Source: Pseudogymnoascus verrucosus (Eukaryota). Taken from it: 64,000 bases of DNA. The stretch lies in NCBI GenBank assembly GCA_001662655.1, contig KV460208.1; one strand, written 5' to 3'. Of the stretch, positions 33,128 to 45,556 are shown one piece after another. Made by a program: the position numbers and the translations under genes. The stretch's first letter is position 1, and each line of letters opens with the position of its first letter. The notes below the pieces were generated by a model that saw only the letters and a list, made by a program, of their open reading frames with translations, was not told the DNA's origin and did no database searches.

Positions 33128-36100
33128 TTAGTATGCCGAGCGAGTTCGCATATCCTGAAATCGTCATTAGTATTTGTTATTACAACTGAAATGAATTCAG
33201 TGAAGACTTACAGAAATCTTCCTCTCTATCTCGCGCACGCTCCTGTCCAACTCTCCAGCAATCATCATCTTCTTATCCGTAGGCAGAAGTGTATAGCGCT
33301 CACACAGATCTCCGTCAATGACACCCTTGACCGGGACGTAGTAGCTCCGGTAGATAAGGTGGTCTCTCCCCGCAAGCGGCGCGTCCTCGGTTCGCAGGTG
33401 CTGCTCAAGCGTCTGGAAGAAATCGACATCTTCGCGACTGACGAACGGGATCATGATGGCAATGGTGCCCTGAAGACCGCTCCAGAGGAGACAGTCACGT
33501 CCACCGGCTACGAGATTCGTCTTTTGGATGCTAGTCGGGATATCATTCGCAAAGTTGTGCGCCATCAGGGCAACGCGGTGAGGCGCTCCCTGAAGGTACT
33601 GACGCTCGTGGACCAGGTGTGCGCCAGAGCCCTCTTCGTCTGCTTCCTCGCTAGCCTTGGTTGGGCAACGCAGAAGCCAGAGGTTACCAAACTTGTCACC
33701 GCCGGCGACGGTCTCGTAATCGACCATCGTCGTGCAGGTTGTCCAGCGCGCAATAGTGTCATCCGCGAAGGGAATGAGCTTGTTCTCTTGGAATTTGTAG
33801 ACGACGAAAGTAATGCTCTCCTGGACGTCACTGACGATGATGCGGCTACCTTGTGTCTGGAGACCGACAATTAAGGACGCAGCGATCTCAGCCTGTGCCT
33901 TGCGCAGAAGTTGACGCATTCCCAAGTCGTATATGCGTAGCTCTCTGCCGATGCCAACAAGAAGCCTTCCTTGGAATCCGAGAAGTGCAAGCGGGGGCTC
34001 TTCGACCTTGGTTTTATGGATAAACTCGATTTCCTTCCCTTCTTCATGGAAACGATACACATGGATGAAACCACCCGATGATGAGCGGGGGCTTGCCACC
34101 ATATCCTTTCCTGTACCCACAACCAAGAATACTTCATCTTCTTGGCTTGCAAAAGAAACAGTCGCCATGCTGACCGCTGCCTCGTTGTCTTCGAGGTCGA
34201 TTTGCTGTAGGACCTTCTTTTCCGTGATAGGGTCAACGATCTGGATGCAAGATGCCCAGTGGCCCCTGCCACGAGGATATCCGAACTCTTCAGCAGGCAG
34301 AACGGCAGAGTCGCCATTCTGGACTGAAGGATCTTCTAGCAGCTTTTGTTTCGTGCTTTTGGAGAGAACATTATTATCGGACTGGATGACGTAAAAGTAT
34401 GGGTGTTCAGGATGCTTGACAAATCGGCGGGGGGTATAAGACAGTGGGATTGACTGTTGAAGGAGGTTTTCTGTGAGTTTTTCGATTGAGAAGATCCTGA
34501 GATATATCAATTAGCTTCTTTCAAAACAATTTGGAGTTTATCATGAAATATAATTCATAGTATAGCATTCAGAAGGAACAATTGGATTTTAATAATTAAT
34601 CCTCATAGTCACGTGTGACGTAAGGTTTTAACGATAAGAAAATCATCATTATGCTGGGAAGGGGGAGGAAGAAGAGGAGAGAACTGCGTACCGTAAATTT
34701 TGCCCTTGGATTCCAACCATCCCCTCCGGGCACTGCTCGCTGCTGAAATTCCAGCCCCACTCAAGTCCGACGTAGTCGAGAGGCGTTAACATGAAGCCCT
34801 TTGTGACTGGGTCGGAATACCCAAGCCAAGGCCTAGAGCTCAAAGCTAGTACCGCCGTTTGGCCCTGAACAGAAACTCGGAACAGCTTGGCTGGCTTCGG
34901 TCCCAAGAATCGTGTTCTCGTATCGGACAATTCACCAGTGACCTCGTCCAGAACAGTTCTCAGATACACGCCAGAGTAGAGCCCGATGTGAAGATAAAGT
35001 GTGGATCCACCAGACGAAGAGTCCGTCATTGCCATGATTGATAGCGACGAAGGCGCCGATGTCAAGGCCTGGACGGACTTGTTTTCAAGAGTGGAGTCAG
35101 GATCGAGGCTGAGAATTCGGACCGTGGAATCATCGCATCCAACCGCAAGGAAGTTACTCCTTACACGCCCTTCCGGGACTTCTCCAAGACTCAAGCACGT
35201 TACTGTGCCGCTCATCTCACGTTTCTCGTCGTACTCTGCTAAACTTCCATCGGAGTCCATTTCAAAGTAGACAATTTCTCCGGAACTCAGTGCCACGGCG
35301 ACTTGTTGTGCGTTCGTAGTGGCCGCAACGATTGAGCGGTGCTGTGGTGCGGCCCATTCATTAACACGGCGATCCGCTCGGATATGCCTGATGCCCTTGG
35401 GGTGCACCTGAATCAACCCATCTTCTCCGAGCTGCTGAACAGCCAAAGTCGTGGCCGAAGAAAGGAACCCAGTATCCGTCACTTCTTCAACAGTTTCACC
35501 AATGCTGAGCACAAGCGTGCCGTTGGAAAATGCCAGAATGATATATGCGTCATACTCATCACCCCGAGTGAGTTTTGTAGTCCAAACAGCAGATGGCACA
35601 CCAGGGAGTTCGGATTCCACGATCTCGTTGACTTCCAATCCATGTTTCAGGGTACGGAAAGTGCTACGAGCCCCTGTGCCACAGATGGAATATATCTGAG
35701 GAGCATCTTCTTCTGTCAGGTTCGCAACCTTGCAGTCCATTAGAGGATTCATGGAATCGATGCTTTCCACCAAGTTCAGATTTTCTGCTGGGCGAGGGTG
35801 GAAATAGACGGGCGTGTATGGCTCCGCTGGATCCGTTGGGAAGTTGTCGCTGATGTATTCAGTCTCTTCATCATCGTCGCCTAGCTTCTCGAATTGGTAG
35901 AATTGATGATTTCCAAACTCACTCGCAACAAACAGGAATCCACTCTTTAGAATGCAGAGGCTCGTTGCGATTGGAACAGTGTCGAAGTATTTAATCTTCA
36001 AACGCCTGACCTCGCCAGTTGGCTGCCCATTGTCATCCTCAATCATTTCGATCGTAATTTTGAAGAGGTCTCCATCATCAGACTGAAGAAGGAAGAAGAA

Positions 36101-37171
36101 AGCCCCAGCAGCACCTCTCATTTTGTGCATAACACCGGCGACAATCGACCTCTTTCGCTGAGGATCCTCTGTGGCGCCTCTCCGCCGGGGGATAGCAACA
36201 CGGAAGGCCTCTTGGTTGGAATGGCGATATGTGATATTATCTTCACCACAAACCAAAACTCCACTCGGCCCATCAGTTCCACCAGGAACTTGGAACAGTA
36301 TGCTTGCCGTTCGGTCTACAGGATCAGACCACTTGCGGACAACATGGTTCAGCCCAAGATCAAGCTCGTAGTAGACTAAGGTTTTCTCGATCTCTTCGAA
36401 CGCCTGACCCGTAGGGTCTTGGTCGGAGTCGCCATAGTCGACTTCTAGGGCAGCGAAAACTGGATTTGCATATCCAACGTCTAGTGCCACTAGGGCAAAA
36501 ACTAAAGTTTGAGCTTTATGGGCCTCGAGCGGTGACGAAATTGTCAGCTCGGCCTGTGAATTGCGGTTCAAGACATAGACGAGTTTGTTTTTCTCGACAG
36601 ACGCGATGAGACACGCTCTGCCCTTTGGATCGACTGCGAGGTATTGTCCGGGAATCACACGTCTGACGCCAGACTTTCCAAATGTTTCGAGGTGAAGTCG
36701 GTTAAATCTGTTCTGTGCAGGAACAAATTCAACAATGGTGATGCGGCCAGAGTCGGATCCAATGATTATATAGTCTTTCAGAAATTAGCAAAGAAATCCC
36801 TGGAGAAAATTGTGCTAGCTCCATGCACCAGGAGAAGCTGTGGGGCCACTCCAGATTTTGGACTGCCCAACACGCTTCCACGAATCACTAAATGAAGCTT
36901 TCATTTGGAGGTGTTTGTTTGACTTACCCTTGTTGCTGCCGGCTAACCTGAAGGCTGCCAATGTCCTGATGATGCCAAACACATCGTGTGTTAAGGCTGT
37001 GACAATCTTCCCTTGTGATGGATCGGGTCTATGAAGAGTAAGGCGAGATCCTGATGCAGTTACAATTTGCTGCTCTTTCGTACCAGCGAATTGGCCCAAA
37101 ATAGCCTGTGTGACCGCCGTTGGAGGTTGTATCGTCAAGGAGTACATGAACATGGACGAGGTGGTCGCCAT
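33128..37171 (-). CDS. RSE1: U2 snRNP splicing factor Rse1/SF3B3, 4 exons
   Basis: [13 protein letters not shown]..., [45 protein letters not shown]. Introns ~36928-36775, ~34691-34498, ~33210-33155; ends DMRTRSAY*. Confidence 0.97.
34564..34655 (-). ncRNA. Intronic box C/D snoRNA, probable snR41/SNORD62-type guide for 18S rRNA
   Basis: Terminal stem AGCAT/ATGCT; C box ATGATGA (34649-34643); C'-like ATGAGGA; D box CTGA (34572-34569) preceded by TCCAATTGTTCCT, complementary to the conserved 18S segment AGGAACAATTGGA (recalled). Confidence 0.85.
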
Positions 37172-37763
37172 ATTGAATTGCGGTTTGCGCAGCAGGCCGC
37201 TGCAGCTTTATAGGTGGTCGTGTATCAGCTCCACAGGTTGGTGGATGGAGTCTTCATTATGGTCGCTGGCAAAGCAGCTTGACGCACAATTGTAAATAGG
37301 TCGCGCGTTGAAAAGTTCCTCATAAACCGAGGGCCGTGCGTTGATTGGCTGGAATTATTCGTGGGCTAGTACACCTCGTGGAGCTGATTCTACACCAAAA
37401 GTCCAAGTTTCACATCGGAGTGAATATAATTATTTGACATTGCACATAGGAATAATTGCGCCATGCAGCTACGCAATAAAGATCAAGGCATGAAAGGGAT
37501 TTCACATGGTTCATTTAGCTGTTGGGCGCGCCTCTTTACTGTTTAGTATGTGCTTATAAGCGCGTCGATTTAAGCGCGCCTATATATTTACGTGCCAGAT
37601 AGAGGCTGTAGAACAGCAAGTTATAGAATGACCTGGAGTCTGAGCCTAATTTTGGGTGGTGAAGATTGATTTTATTGAATATACAGGTAGGTATTGGTCT
37701 ACAAATAGCCGTGATATAAATACACCTACTTTACACTATCCATACGGACATATCCCCTTAATA

Positions 37764-39391
37764 TCATGCCGCCGCGACGTCCTTCTGTGTCGTCTCGTAC
37801 CTGGAAGAATTAGCATTAGGCTCATAGGTGACGGGGATTGTAGTTCATACCTCTTGCCTCTGAAGCCCCAGACACCCCAGTTTCCACAGCTTATGTCTTG
37901 TGGATCAAGGTCATTGATGTCCCATCTCAAACTTCTGAAGCGATTCTCTCCTGGCGTCATCAATAAATCGACTTCGCCTCCCACAGTCTTATTGACCCAT
38001 TCGATATCACGATCCATATCAAATTGAGTATATCCAGTGACAAAGATGGGGACCTTTGTCTCCAACAACAGAGGGATGGTCTGTTCCCATTCGTGGGTGC
38101 TTGCCGGATGTCCCAATCCTGGATGGAATAGCATGAAGCAATCAAAGTATGGATCGTATGGATAGAATTGACCAGCCTCGTGTAGCGTGTGGTAGTACTC
38201 AACAAATGTGCTGATCTTCAAAGAGTTGGTAATGCGGTCTTCAACAACAGCCCCAAACGGATTGGTGGGAGTTCGGGGAGGCAGAGGAAATTCATTGTCT
38301 CTGTTGGCCATACTTTCAGGGCCGATGAAGACAAGATGAAAGGAGACTCTTGGGAACAAGTGAGTCAGCTGCACCCAGACCTCTCTTGGAAGGGACGACT
38401 CGGCACGGGCACCCAGAATGAAGATTCTGACTGGAGGAGGAGCTGGACGCAACCCCTTAATATCGCCACCGCCTCCGGTACGAGCAGGATGTAAGGTATA
38501 TCGAAGCGCACTCAAGCTCTTCATACCCTCATTGGTAAGGCGGCCATCCCTCTTTAGCGAGTAGGGGCTCAGTTCATGCAGAACGCTGCCAATTGTTGCT
38601 GGATACGTCAATAGCCTCGTTGCCTGGCGTAAACTCCTCTCGTCATTGATTGCTGTGAACTCCCTAGAGTATAAAAATGTATCCCAGTTTGTCATATTCA
38701 CCAGTGCTTCTTCAATCTGATCGCCCGGGTACTCAAATTCCGGGAAAAAGCGACCAGAGCGGAGGTCATGGTCGTCTTCGTTTATCTCGCGGAGCGTGTC
38801 GCAAACCTCCAGATGCTTCTCATAGTCTTCTGCCCAGTGTTCCTCACAGCAAGCAACCGGTATGCCGCAATCTGGGCACTCGAAGTTGACGTGCGCAGGT
38901 GGTGTAGTACCGGTAGACTTTGGGGCGCTCTGCTTGCTATCGGAATCTGGAACTGATCGCGTATGTTGATGGGCATGATTTGGGCACCATGCGTTTTGTT
39001 TCATAAAAGCAGCGCGGCGGCGAATTTCTGGAGAAGGCGATTCAGAGAATGGATGAAAGAGGTTGTTTGGAAGTAACAATGGGCGACCTTCGGTTTCTGG
39101 CGCGGGAGTGTATTCTAGGCCCGGTGGAGTCCGGACCTGTACTGGCTCGCTCTTTGGTTTCTGTCCAGCAAAGTCGGTTATCGTCTGTAATCTCTTTACC
39201 GATGCTTTCTTCGAGGGGCGTTGGGCTAAAGGCCGCTGTGGTGTCGAGTTATTGTACAGTCCGGTTGAAATGGATCTCCGCCCTGCTCCGAGGGTACCAG
39301 TCCGCCATAGCTTCAAGCTCGCCGTTTGAAGTCGGGGAGAGTTTGTGAGTGCTCCCAGGCATCTCTGGCAAGTATATGAAGCTGTAGCCAT
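37764..39391 (-). CDS. MSS51: Mss51, mitochondrial COX1 translational activator/assembly factor, 2 exons
   Basis: Mitochondrial presequence; LFHPFSESP, CPDCGIP..CCEEHW, HDLRSGR.F.EF, GARAESSLP, FHPGLGHP. Short 3' intron, then YETTQKDVAAA*. Confidence 0.93.
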
Positions 39392-39606
39392 TGTTGGCTA
39401 ATTCGAATTATTCGTCGAGCGGGCTGGTAGTGAGCAAACCTTCGACCTGGTACATCGATGCTGTCTGTTTAGCCCAATATATTTTAAACGAGGCTCCGCC
39501 TTACCCATGCTCCTGTATTGCGACTAGCTCACCGCCTTCCATATTCGATATATCATATATCCGGATGCCCCTCCCTCGTTCACTTCACAGACAAGAAAGC
39601 GACAAA

Positions 39607-40653
39607 ATGTTGGAAGTAATTTATGTGACAAGGCATGGCGTAAGGAACTCTCCTGTTATATTTTACTTCAGCTACTGATAACATTGTTACAGTTCCGTTC
39701 GAATTGGGTCGTCGACGCCGAGACGGGCGTCTACTCAGGGTCCATTCCTTCACCAACTGGAATCGCCAGCGACCCTGCGCTGGCAGGATATGGAGTCACC
39801 CAAGCACGCGAACTCGCAGATCATCTTGTCACCGTCGATCCTCCTATAGAAGTCTTTTACTCTTCTCCGTTTTATCGTTGCATTCAAACCATATATCCGA
39901 CCATCGAAAAGGCCGAGGCACTGAAACCTTCGGTGCCGAAACGCACCGTTCGCGGGGATACAGGGGTGGGGGAGTGGTATGGTACAGCACGATTCGACCA
40001 CCCTTCGCCAGCCACACCAGAAGTATTAAACGGCCTATTTCCTCTGTACGATCTTGAATACAAATCATCCATTGTTCCTAGTGTGAACGGAGAGACAATT
40101 GACGAGCTGCATGACCGGACAGCCTATGCTCTCCACAAGATTATTGAACAGAGTGACAAAGATGGAGTTAAAGCAATTATAATCTGCAGCCATGCGGCGA
40201 CGATTTTAGCAATTGGGCGAGCGTTGACAGGCAGAATGCCCGAGGATATTTCAGAGCAAGACTTTAAACCATTTACTTGCGGGTTGAGCAAGTTTGTGAG
40301 GAAGGCAGGGGAGTCTGTGAGCGGCGAGGTCAATTTGTGGGAAGGCCCAGGCGCACAAATACCGAACGTTTCTTGGAGAAACGGAAATGGCGTTTCAGGC
40401 GGATGGACATGCGAATTAAATGGGGACTGCTCGTTCTTAAGTGGCGGCGAGGAGCGCGGGTGGTAAGTTGCAATCCTACCTCTCTGTACTGTAGTTCTAA
40501 TCAGGTTTTAGGCGTTTTTCGGGAGACGAATCATTTATGACAACCACAACAAATGGTGCTACGGTTGATGCTGGAACTGGTCTAGGTGTGATTGTTGAAG
40601 GAAATAAGAAACCGGATCGTCAGTCATCGCCACCTGGAGGATCGAGGCTTTGA
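39607..40653 (+). CDS. Histidine phosphatase (PGAM-like) homologous to the Tfc7/tau55 N-terminal domain, 3 exons
   Basis: MLEVIYVTRHG|FRSNW, SSPFYRCIQT, SHAA, LSGGEERGW|RFSGDESF; ends GGSRL*. Confidence 0.85.
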
Positions 40654-40908
40654 GACCAAGCATTTAAACCCTGATGCCAAATCATGCTATGCTCTAACGA
40701 GCTCATGATCAAGCAATACGATAACTATTTCATTGCTAAAGGGCTACCTGGTAAAAGTGCGGGACAGAGGAACGATGGCAGTAGAATGCTGTGCAATGCC
40801 ATTTCTTATGAGGGCCTTTCTAGATACAGATACAGTTGTTCTTGATTCTAGTTTAAAATGAAGCCGCCTCTATATGTATATATTCTATATAGATATTATC
40901 CTTGCACT

Positions 40909-42524
40909 CTAAAAGCCAGCAGCCTCTGTTGCCTTTGGAAACGAAGGGGCGTCGAGGTTGCTCCTGCAATCTTCTTTCCAATGTTTTGGAGTGAACTTGT
41001 CGACAATGGCCTTGAATGTTGCCTTATTTACTGGTTAGCAAGTCTCTAAATAAGCTGATTAGAACTCACCAGAGTGCAGAAGCTCTCATCTCCGTCCAAA
41101 TGGTTCCCAGGTAGTGCACAGCCGGGAATGTACATAGGCTTATCGTTATACCTAATTCGGACGTAGTAGCCATCCAACTTCTCTTTCTCGGTATCATTAA
41201 GCTCTTCGATCCTCTTCCTGGAGATCCCGGTCGGTGCATTGTTCTGGTTCGCGGCTGCCTTCGAAAACCAACCAAACCAGCTTTGTTTTTCGGACTTTGG
41301 CAAGACCGACTGTGCAGTGTTTGGCGCAACCTGATCCTTCGAAAGTACTTGGCGACCTGGCTGATCTTCTTTCTTGAATAGCTCGAGGGCAACATGACTC
41401 GTATAAGGAGGCCATTTCTCGCCATCAAACGCACCCAAGCTCGTAAGAATAGCCGCAAGAGTAGTGTCGTGGCAACCGCTCAAGCCGAGTTTAATATCTT
41501 GTTCACCATCTGTTCCCTTGGTAATTGGGCCATTACTTGCCCCATCACTGTTGCCGTTCCTCTCAATATGGCCAACCATTCGTTGACAGATGTCGCCCAT
41601 TAGCCCGCCAATCCCAAGAGCACGATACTCCTGGGACTCCTTATATCCACTAAACCATTCTTCTACCCCTATTTTCTCTATAATTTCTCTTCCCTTGTCA
41701 TCGTAGAACTCTTTCGGTAAACGCGTCTCCGGGCCATGGGCAAGGGTTGAGTTTATGGTATCCATGATTCCAGAGAGCCTCGGGCGTGAATCCACTGCTA
41801 CACCTTTGCTTGGATCCGGCATCCACTTTCCGATCTTCTTCGTCAAGTATGCCATTTCAGTTGTATCGTTCCAACGATCGGCTGTGCGTTGCGCGAAGGC
41901 TCGCGAGAGCATGGAAAATCGTCTGCAGTTCCCATCGTTCGGAAAAAGGGTTTCATCTGACGGATTTCTCGTTATGATTGTCGGAGGAGGAAAGGATGCA
42001 GAGCGTGTGTCTGATGGGTATAAACCCCAGAACGCTTCTTGCATAGACTCCAAGGCACGAGGTATCGGAGTAGCGCGGAGATATATCATATCCCCATTGC
42101 TTATAGTGGAGGGCATGAAATTCAATTGGTCCACATACAGATGCCGTAGGCGCTTTCCAAGAGCATGAGTTGTTCTCCTCCCAGTGTCGGTCAGCTCTCC
42201 TAGGTTGCAAATGGTTTCAACTTCCCCGTCTGGCCCGGAAGCTATGACGGGGTTGTCCTCGGGCCCAAATGTCTCGAGGCGGCGTTTCCATTCCAAGGTT
42301 CCCCATTGGGAGTTTTGGCTATTCAATGTTGCATTCAGCAACTGTCGCGCTACCGAGCAATATGGCCAGAAAGGCGCAAGGCCCGCGTTTTGGAAGCGGG
42401 CGGAGACTGGGCTTCGTTCGCCATGGCGTAATAGGACCTGGACCTGTTGAAGCTTCAAGGAGCTCGGGTAGAGCTTTGCAAGTTCCTCATCTGAGTACGG
42501 TGCTCTGGGGCGTAGAGTTGTCAT
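40909..42524 (-). CDS. Histidine acid phosphatase (clade 2), 2 exons
   Basis: RHGERSP, GELT, CHDTT motifs; last exon ATFKAIVDKFTPKHW...AGF*. Confidence 0.9.
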
Positions 42525-42814
42525 ATCTGCATCTCGTATTTCTAAATTGAAAGTTGTTGATCGTTACAATTGCACATCTCCTGAACCTCGAGCCACGACG
42601 GTTACCGGCGGGGTCGAGGCTGAGACCCACTTACCCGCTTCGGCGTTTTGAGGCGGCTGGTGGTAGCCTTGCGGCGGGAAACCCCGTTACCAGACGTACC
42701 TTGCCCATTTCGAGGTGCTTGAGTACTGAACGCTGTACAAAAGTTTGAAGGTCATCTGCACGGCGTCATCCTCTGAGCGACATCCAGAAGCACATTCTTC
42801 ATTCGCCGGATGAG

Positions 42815-45415
42815 ATGAACGGAAGCCATATTTGCACAACATGCCGCCGAAAAATATCCGCAAAGGCATTCCAGAAATATCCGTCAACCCAATGGATCTC
42901 CCGAGCAACTTTTATTTCTCTCAGTGCACCTCAGATTCCGAAGCCCGCGCCTTCGGAACGTCCTCCTCACAAAAATGAAGACTCGAACACGAGCAACAGG
43001 CCGCGGTGGTCTAACAATATGCCAAATATCGAGGCGTCCCGGGCTAAGGCGCATGGAGACTTATTAGAGGAGCTTTTCGTGGATGGGTTGAACAGAACAT
43101 CTGGAAACGGGGCCACGGCAACACTGAGACCCAACACCGCCAGTTTGGAACTATACGAACAAGTTGAGAAGTTGATGGAAATGCTCAACAATCCAAGCAC
43201 GCCAATCCCAGCTATGTGGGCTTTATTCACACAAATTTGCCCCAAGGCTCGTCCGAAAGGGTCTCAAACTCCATATTCATTACACTTTGCCGCCAAATCC
43301 CTTCTTCGTAAGCTTCTGACAGCTCGACAACAACCTGATGTTGCTTCGGGGATACCAAGCGTGAGCGAGATCGCCAAAACCTACGCATCTCTAGGCATAC
43401 TTGAGCCTAAAGTGTGGAAGCCGATGTTGGAAACATTCTTTACCAAAGAGTCCGCCGAAAAGCTCCATGTTGATGGGGATAGAATCGCCGAAGACCTCCT
43501 CGAAACTTGGCGGATAATACTTTCCCTTGGCCATAACTCCAGCAAGGCACCTGCCTCATTTATTGATATCGAATCCAGAGCCAAGTGGAGTCCTCCAGCA
43601 CTTAATCCTACAAGGGTTAGAAGAGCTATGCTAGAGAGGGGAATAGAGCAGTGTTTTGCTTTATTACTACCAAAATCTCGTAATAAGCTCTTTCATGGCT
43701 TGCCCGCGAGTGCTATTATCACATTTGCTATGTTAACCGACAGTCGATTGAGCCACCCCATCCAATCTGCGGCAAATCATCCTTTTATCAAAGCAATTTC
43801 AGAAGTGATAGCAATGGCGCAAATCACGCCGGGAGAATTGGACCAATATGTTCGAATGCAAAACGTATCCCACTCTGTGGAACTCAACGATAGGTGGCCA
43901 TCTATCATCGAGCAAGCCAGAAGCATTGCCAATACCCCTACCCCCTCTATGGAAATCCCCAGGGGCGACACAGATAAAGCGTTCCGTCGACTCATCACGA
44001 ATAAAGAAACCCGCGTGTTTCGACTTCTACATCGTGCGTTGGCTGCAAGGGACCTTGATACTGCTGAGAAGCTGTGGTCAGAGGTTCAATCGTGGCCAAT
44101 GGAAAATAATGGGAACGAAGGGCATAACATCTTACCAACTGCCCTCAAGTCATCAGCGCCATCTGCGGAGTTATGTAACCAGTTCATTTCTACATTCATG
44201 GCGCTTCACAAGGAGAGAGCTATTGATGTATGGAATTTCATGATCCAATCGGGTTTGCGTCCTACAGTTCTGACATGGCATGCAATGCTTGAAGGATGCA
44301 AAACCTCGAGAGACTCACAGTCGCTCTTGGCGATTTGGTCTAAATTGATCGACTCGGATACAGCTCCCGATGTCGAATGCTGGACTACCCTAATAAGCGG
44401 GCTTATGTACTGTGGAGATCTTGAGGGTGGCCTCCGTGCATTCGTCGAAATGCGCAAAGTTTGGGAAAAGGCGGCGAAGCGACATGTTGCTCAAGCAGGG
44501 CAGCCTATCGATATCAAAAGCCTTGGCGACGTCGATGGAGTCGTCAAACCGACAATAGCCATCATCAACGCTACGATTGCTGGATTATTAAGAAAGAACA
44601 GAACTGATATTGCCGGCCAAGTCCTTGCTACAGGTGGAGAAATGGGGATCACGCCGGACAACATCACCTACAATACGTTGCTACGCTCACTAGTACGGAA
44701 TAAGGACGAGCGAGCTATAACAAATCTGCTAGGGCAAATGCAGGCCCAGGGAGTGCAAGGTGATGTAGCTACCTTTACAATCATCCTTGAGAACGCTCTT
44801 TCAGACGCCAAAAACCAGTCTCCTCAAGAACTTATTGAGATTATAAATAACCTCTTTGCCCAAATGGACGCATCGGCAGTGAAGCCAAATCAGCAGACAT
44901 ATGCTGCAATCATCAACAGCATACTCAGGCGTGCTTCCGACTTCGAACTCGTGGCTCCTGTCAATTTTGTTATAGCACATATGTCGAAGAAAGGCCTGCA
45001 GCCGTCTGCGCACATTCATACCATGCTTGTTGACTTTTACTTCAAGCAGAGCGAGCCGAAGCTGGATTTGATCGGCCTACTCCTGGACCAAATGATAAAG
45101 GGGAACGCAATGAGGGACCACATCTTCTGGGACCGGGTTATCGAAGGGTACTGCTATATTGGCGATACCGTCCGTGCTCTACAGTATCTTCGGCAGACAC
45201 AAAAGGAAGGGTTCATGGCAGGGTATCAAGCGCTTGACATGCTGATTCACTCACTGGTTCGGAACAACGAGGTTGACCTAGCCAGAGAGTTGGTCAAAAA
45301 TACGAGGGTTCAACGAGGAGGACCGCCAGAACCTGATGCCCGGGGCGTCGATGGTCAGCATCAGTTTTGGAATAGTGCAGCCGAGATGGGGCTTGTGGAG
45401 GAGTTTTCGGTTTAA
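42815..45415 (+). CDS. Pentatricopeptide-repeat protein, probably mitochondrial
   Basis: Repeated PPR motifs (PTVLTWHAML, PDVECWTTLI, PDNITYNTLL, PNQQTYAAII); basic N-terminus with CTTCRR. Confidence 0.85.
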   Translation: MNGSHICTTCRRKISAKAFQKYPSTQWISRATFISLSAPQIPKPAPSERPPHKNEDSNTSNRPRWSNNMPNIEASRAKAHGDLLEELFVDGLNRTSGNGATATLRPNTASLELYEQVEKLMEMLNNPSTPIPAMWALFTQICPKARPKGSQTPYSLHFAAKSLLRKLLTARQQPDVASGIPSVSEIAKTYASLGILEPKVWKPMLETFFTKESAEKLHVDGDRIAEDLLETWRIILSLGHNSSKAPASFIDIESRAKWSPPALNPTRVRRAMLERGIEQCFALLLPKSRNKLFHGLPASAIITFAMLTDSRLSHPIQSAANHPFIKAISEVIAMAQITPGELDQYVRMQNVSHSVELNDRWPSIIEQARSIANTPTPSMEIPRGDTDKAFRRLITNKETRVFRLLHRALAARDLDTAEKLWSEVQSWPMENNGNEGHNILPTALKSSAPSAELCNQFISTFMALHKERAIDVWNFMIQSGLRPTVLTWHAMLEGCKTSRDSQSLLAIWSKLIDSDTAPDVECWTTLISGLMYCGDLEGGLRAFVEMRKVWEKAAKRHVAQAGQPIDIKSLGDVDGVVKPTIAIINATIAGLLRKNRTDIAGQVLATGGEMGITPDNITYNTLLRSLVRNKDERAITNLLGQMQAQGVQGDVATFTIILENALSDAKNQSPQELIEIINNLFAQMDASAVKPNQQTYAAIINSILRRASDFELVAPVNFVIAHMSKKGLQPSAHIHTMLVDFYFKQSEPKLDLIGLLLDQMIKGNAMRDHIFWDRVIEGYCYIGDTVRALQYLRQTQKEGFMAGYQALDMLIHSLVRNNEVDLARELVKNTRVQRGGPPEPDARGVDGQHQFWNSAAEMGLVEEFSV

Positions 45416-45556
45416 GTGTAGTATATGTACAGTGTGTATTAGATATAAGAGAACATAATTCATGATACCATACCTCATCGATGTTCTTACACATCTCAAA
45501 CGCCAAATATCTTGTACTCTTTATCAAGTGAATGTCCAACGCCAGCTGAAAGTTTC

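Noticed and set aside
33074..34394. 266-aa and 153-aa plus-strand ORFs
   Set aside because: Antisense shadows of RSE1.
36775..36928. Second snoRNA in the long RSE1 intron 1
   Set aside because: No canonical C box, CTGA overlaps the acceptor region, and no clear H/ACA architecture; an Infernal scan would settle it.
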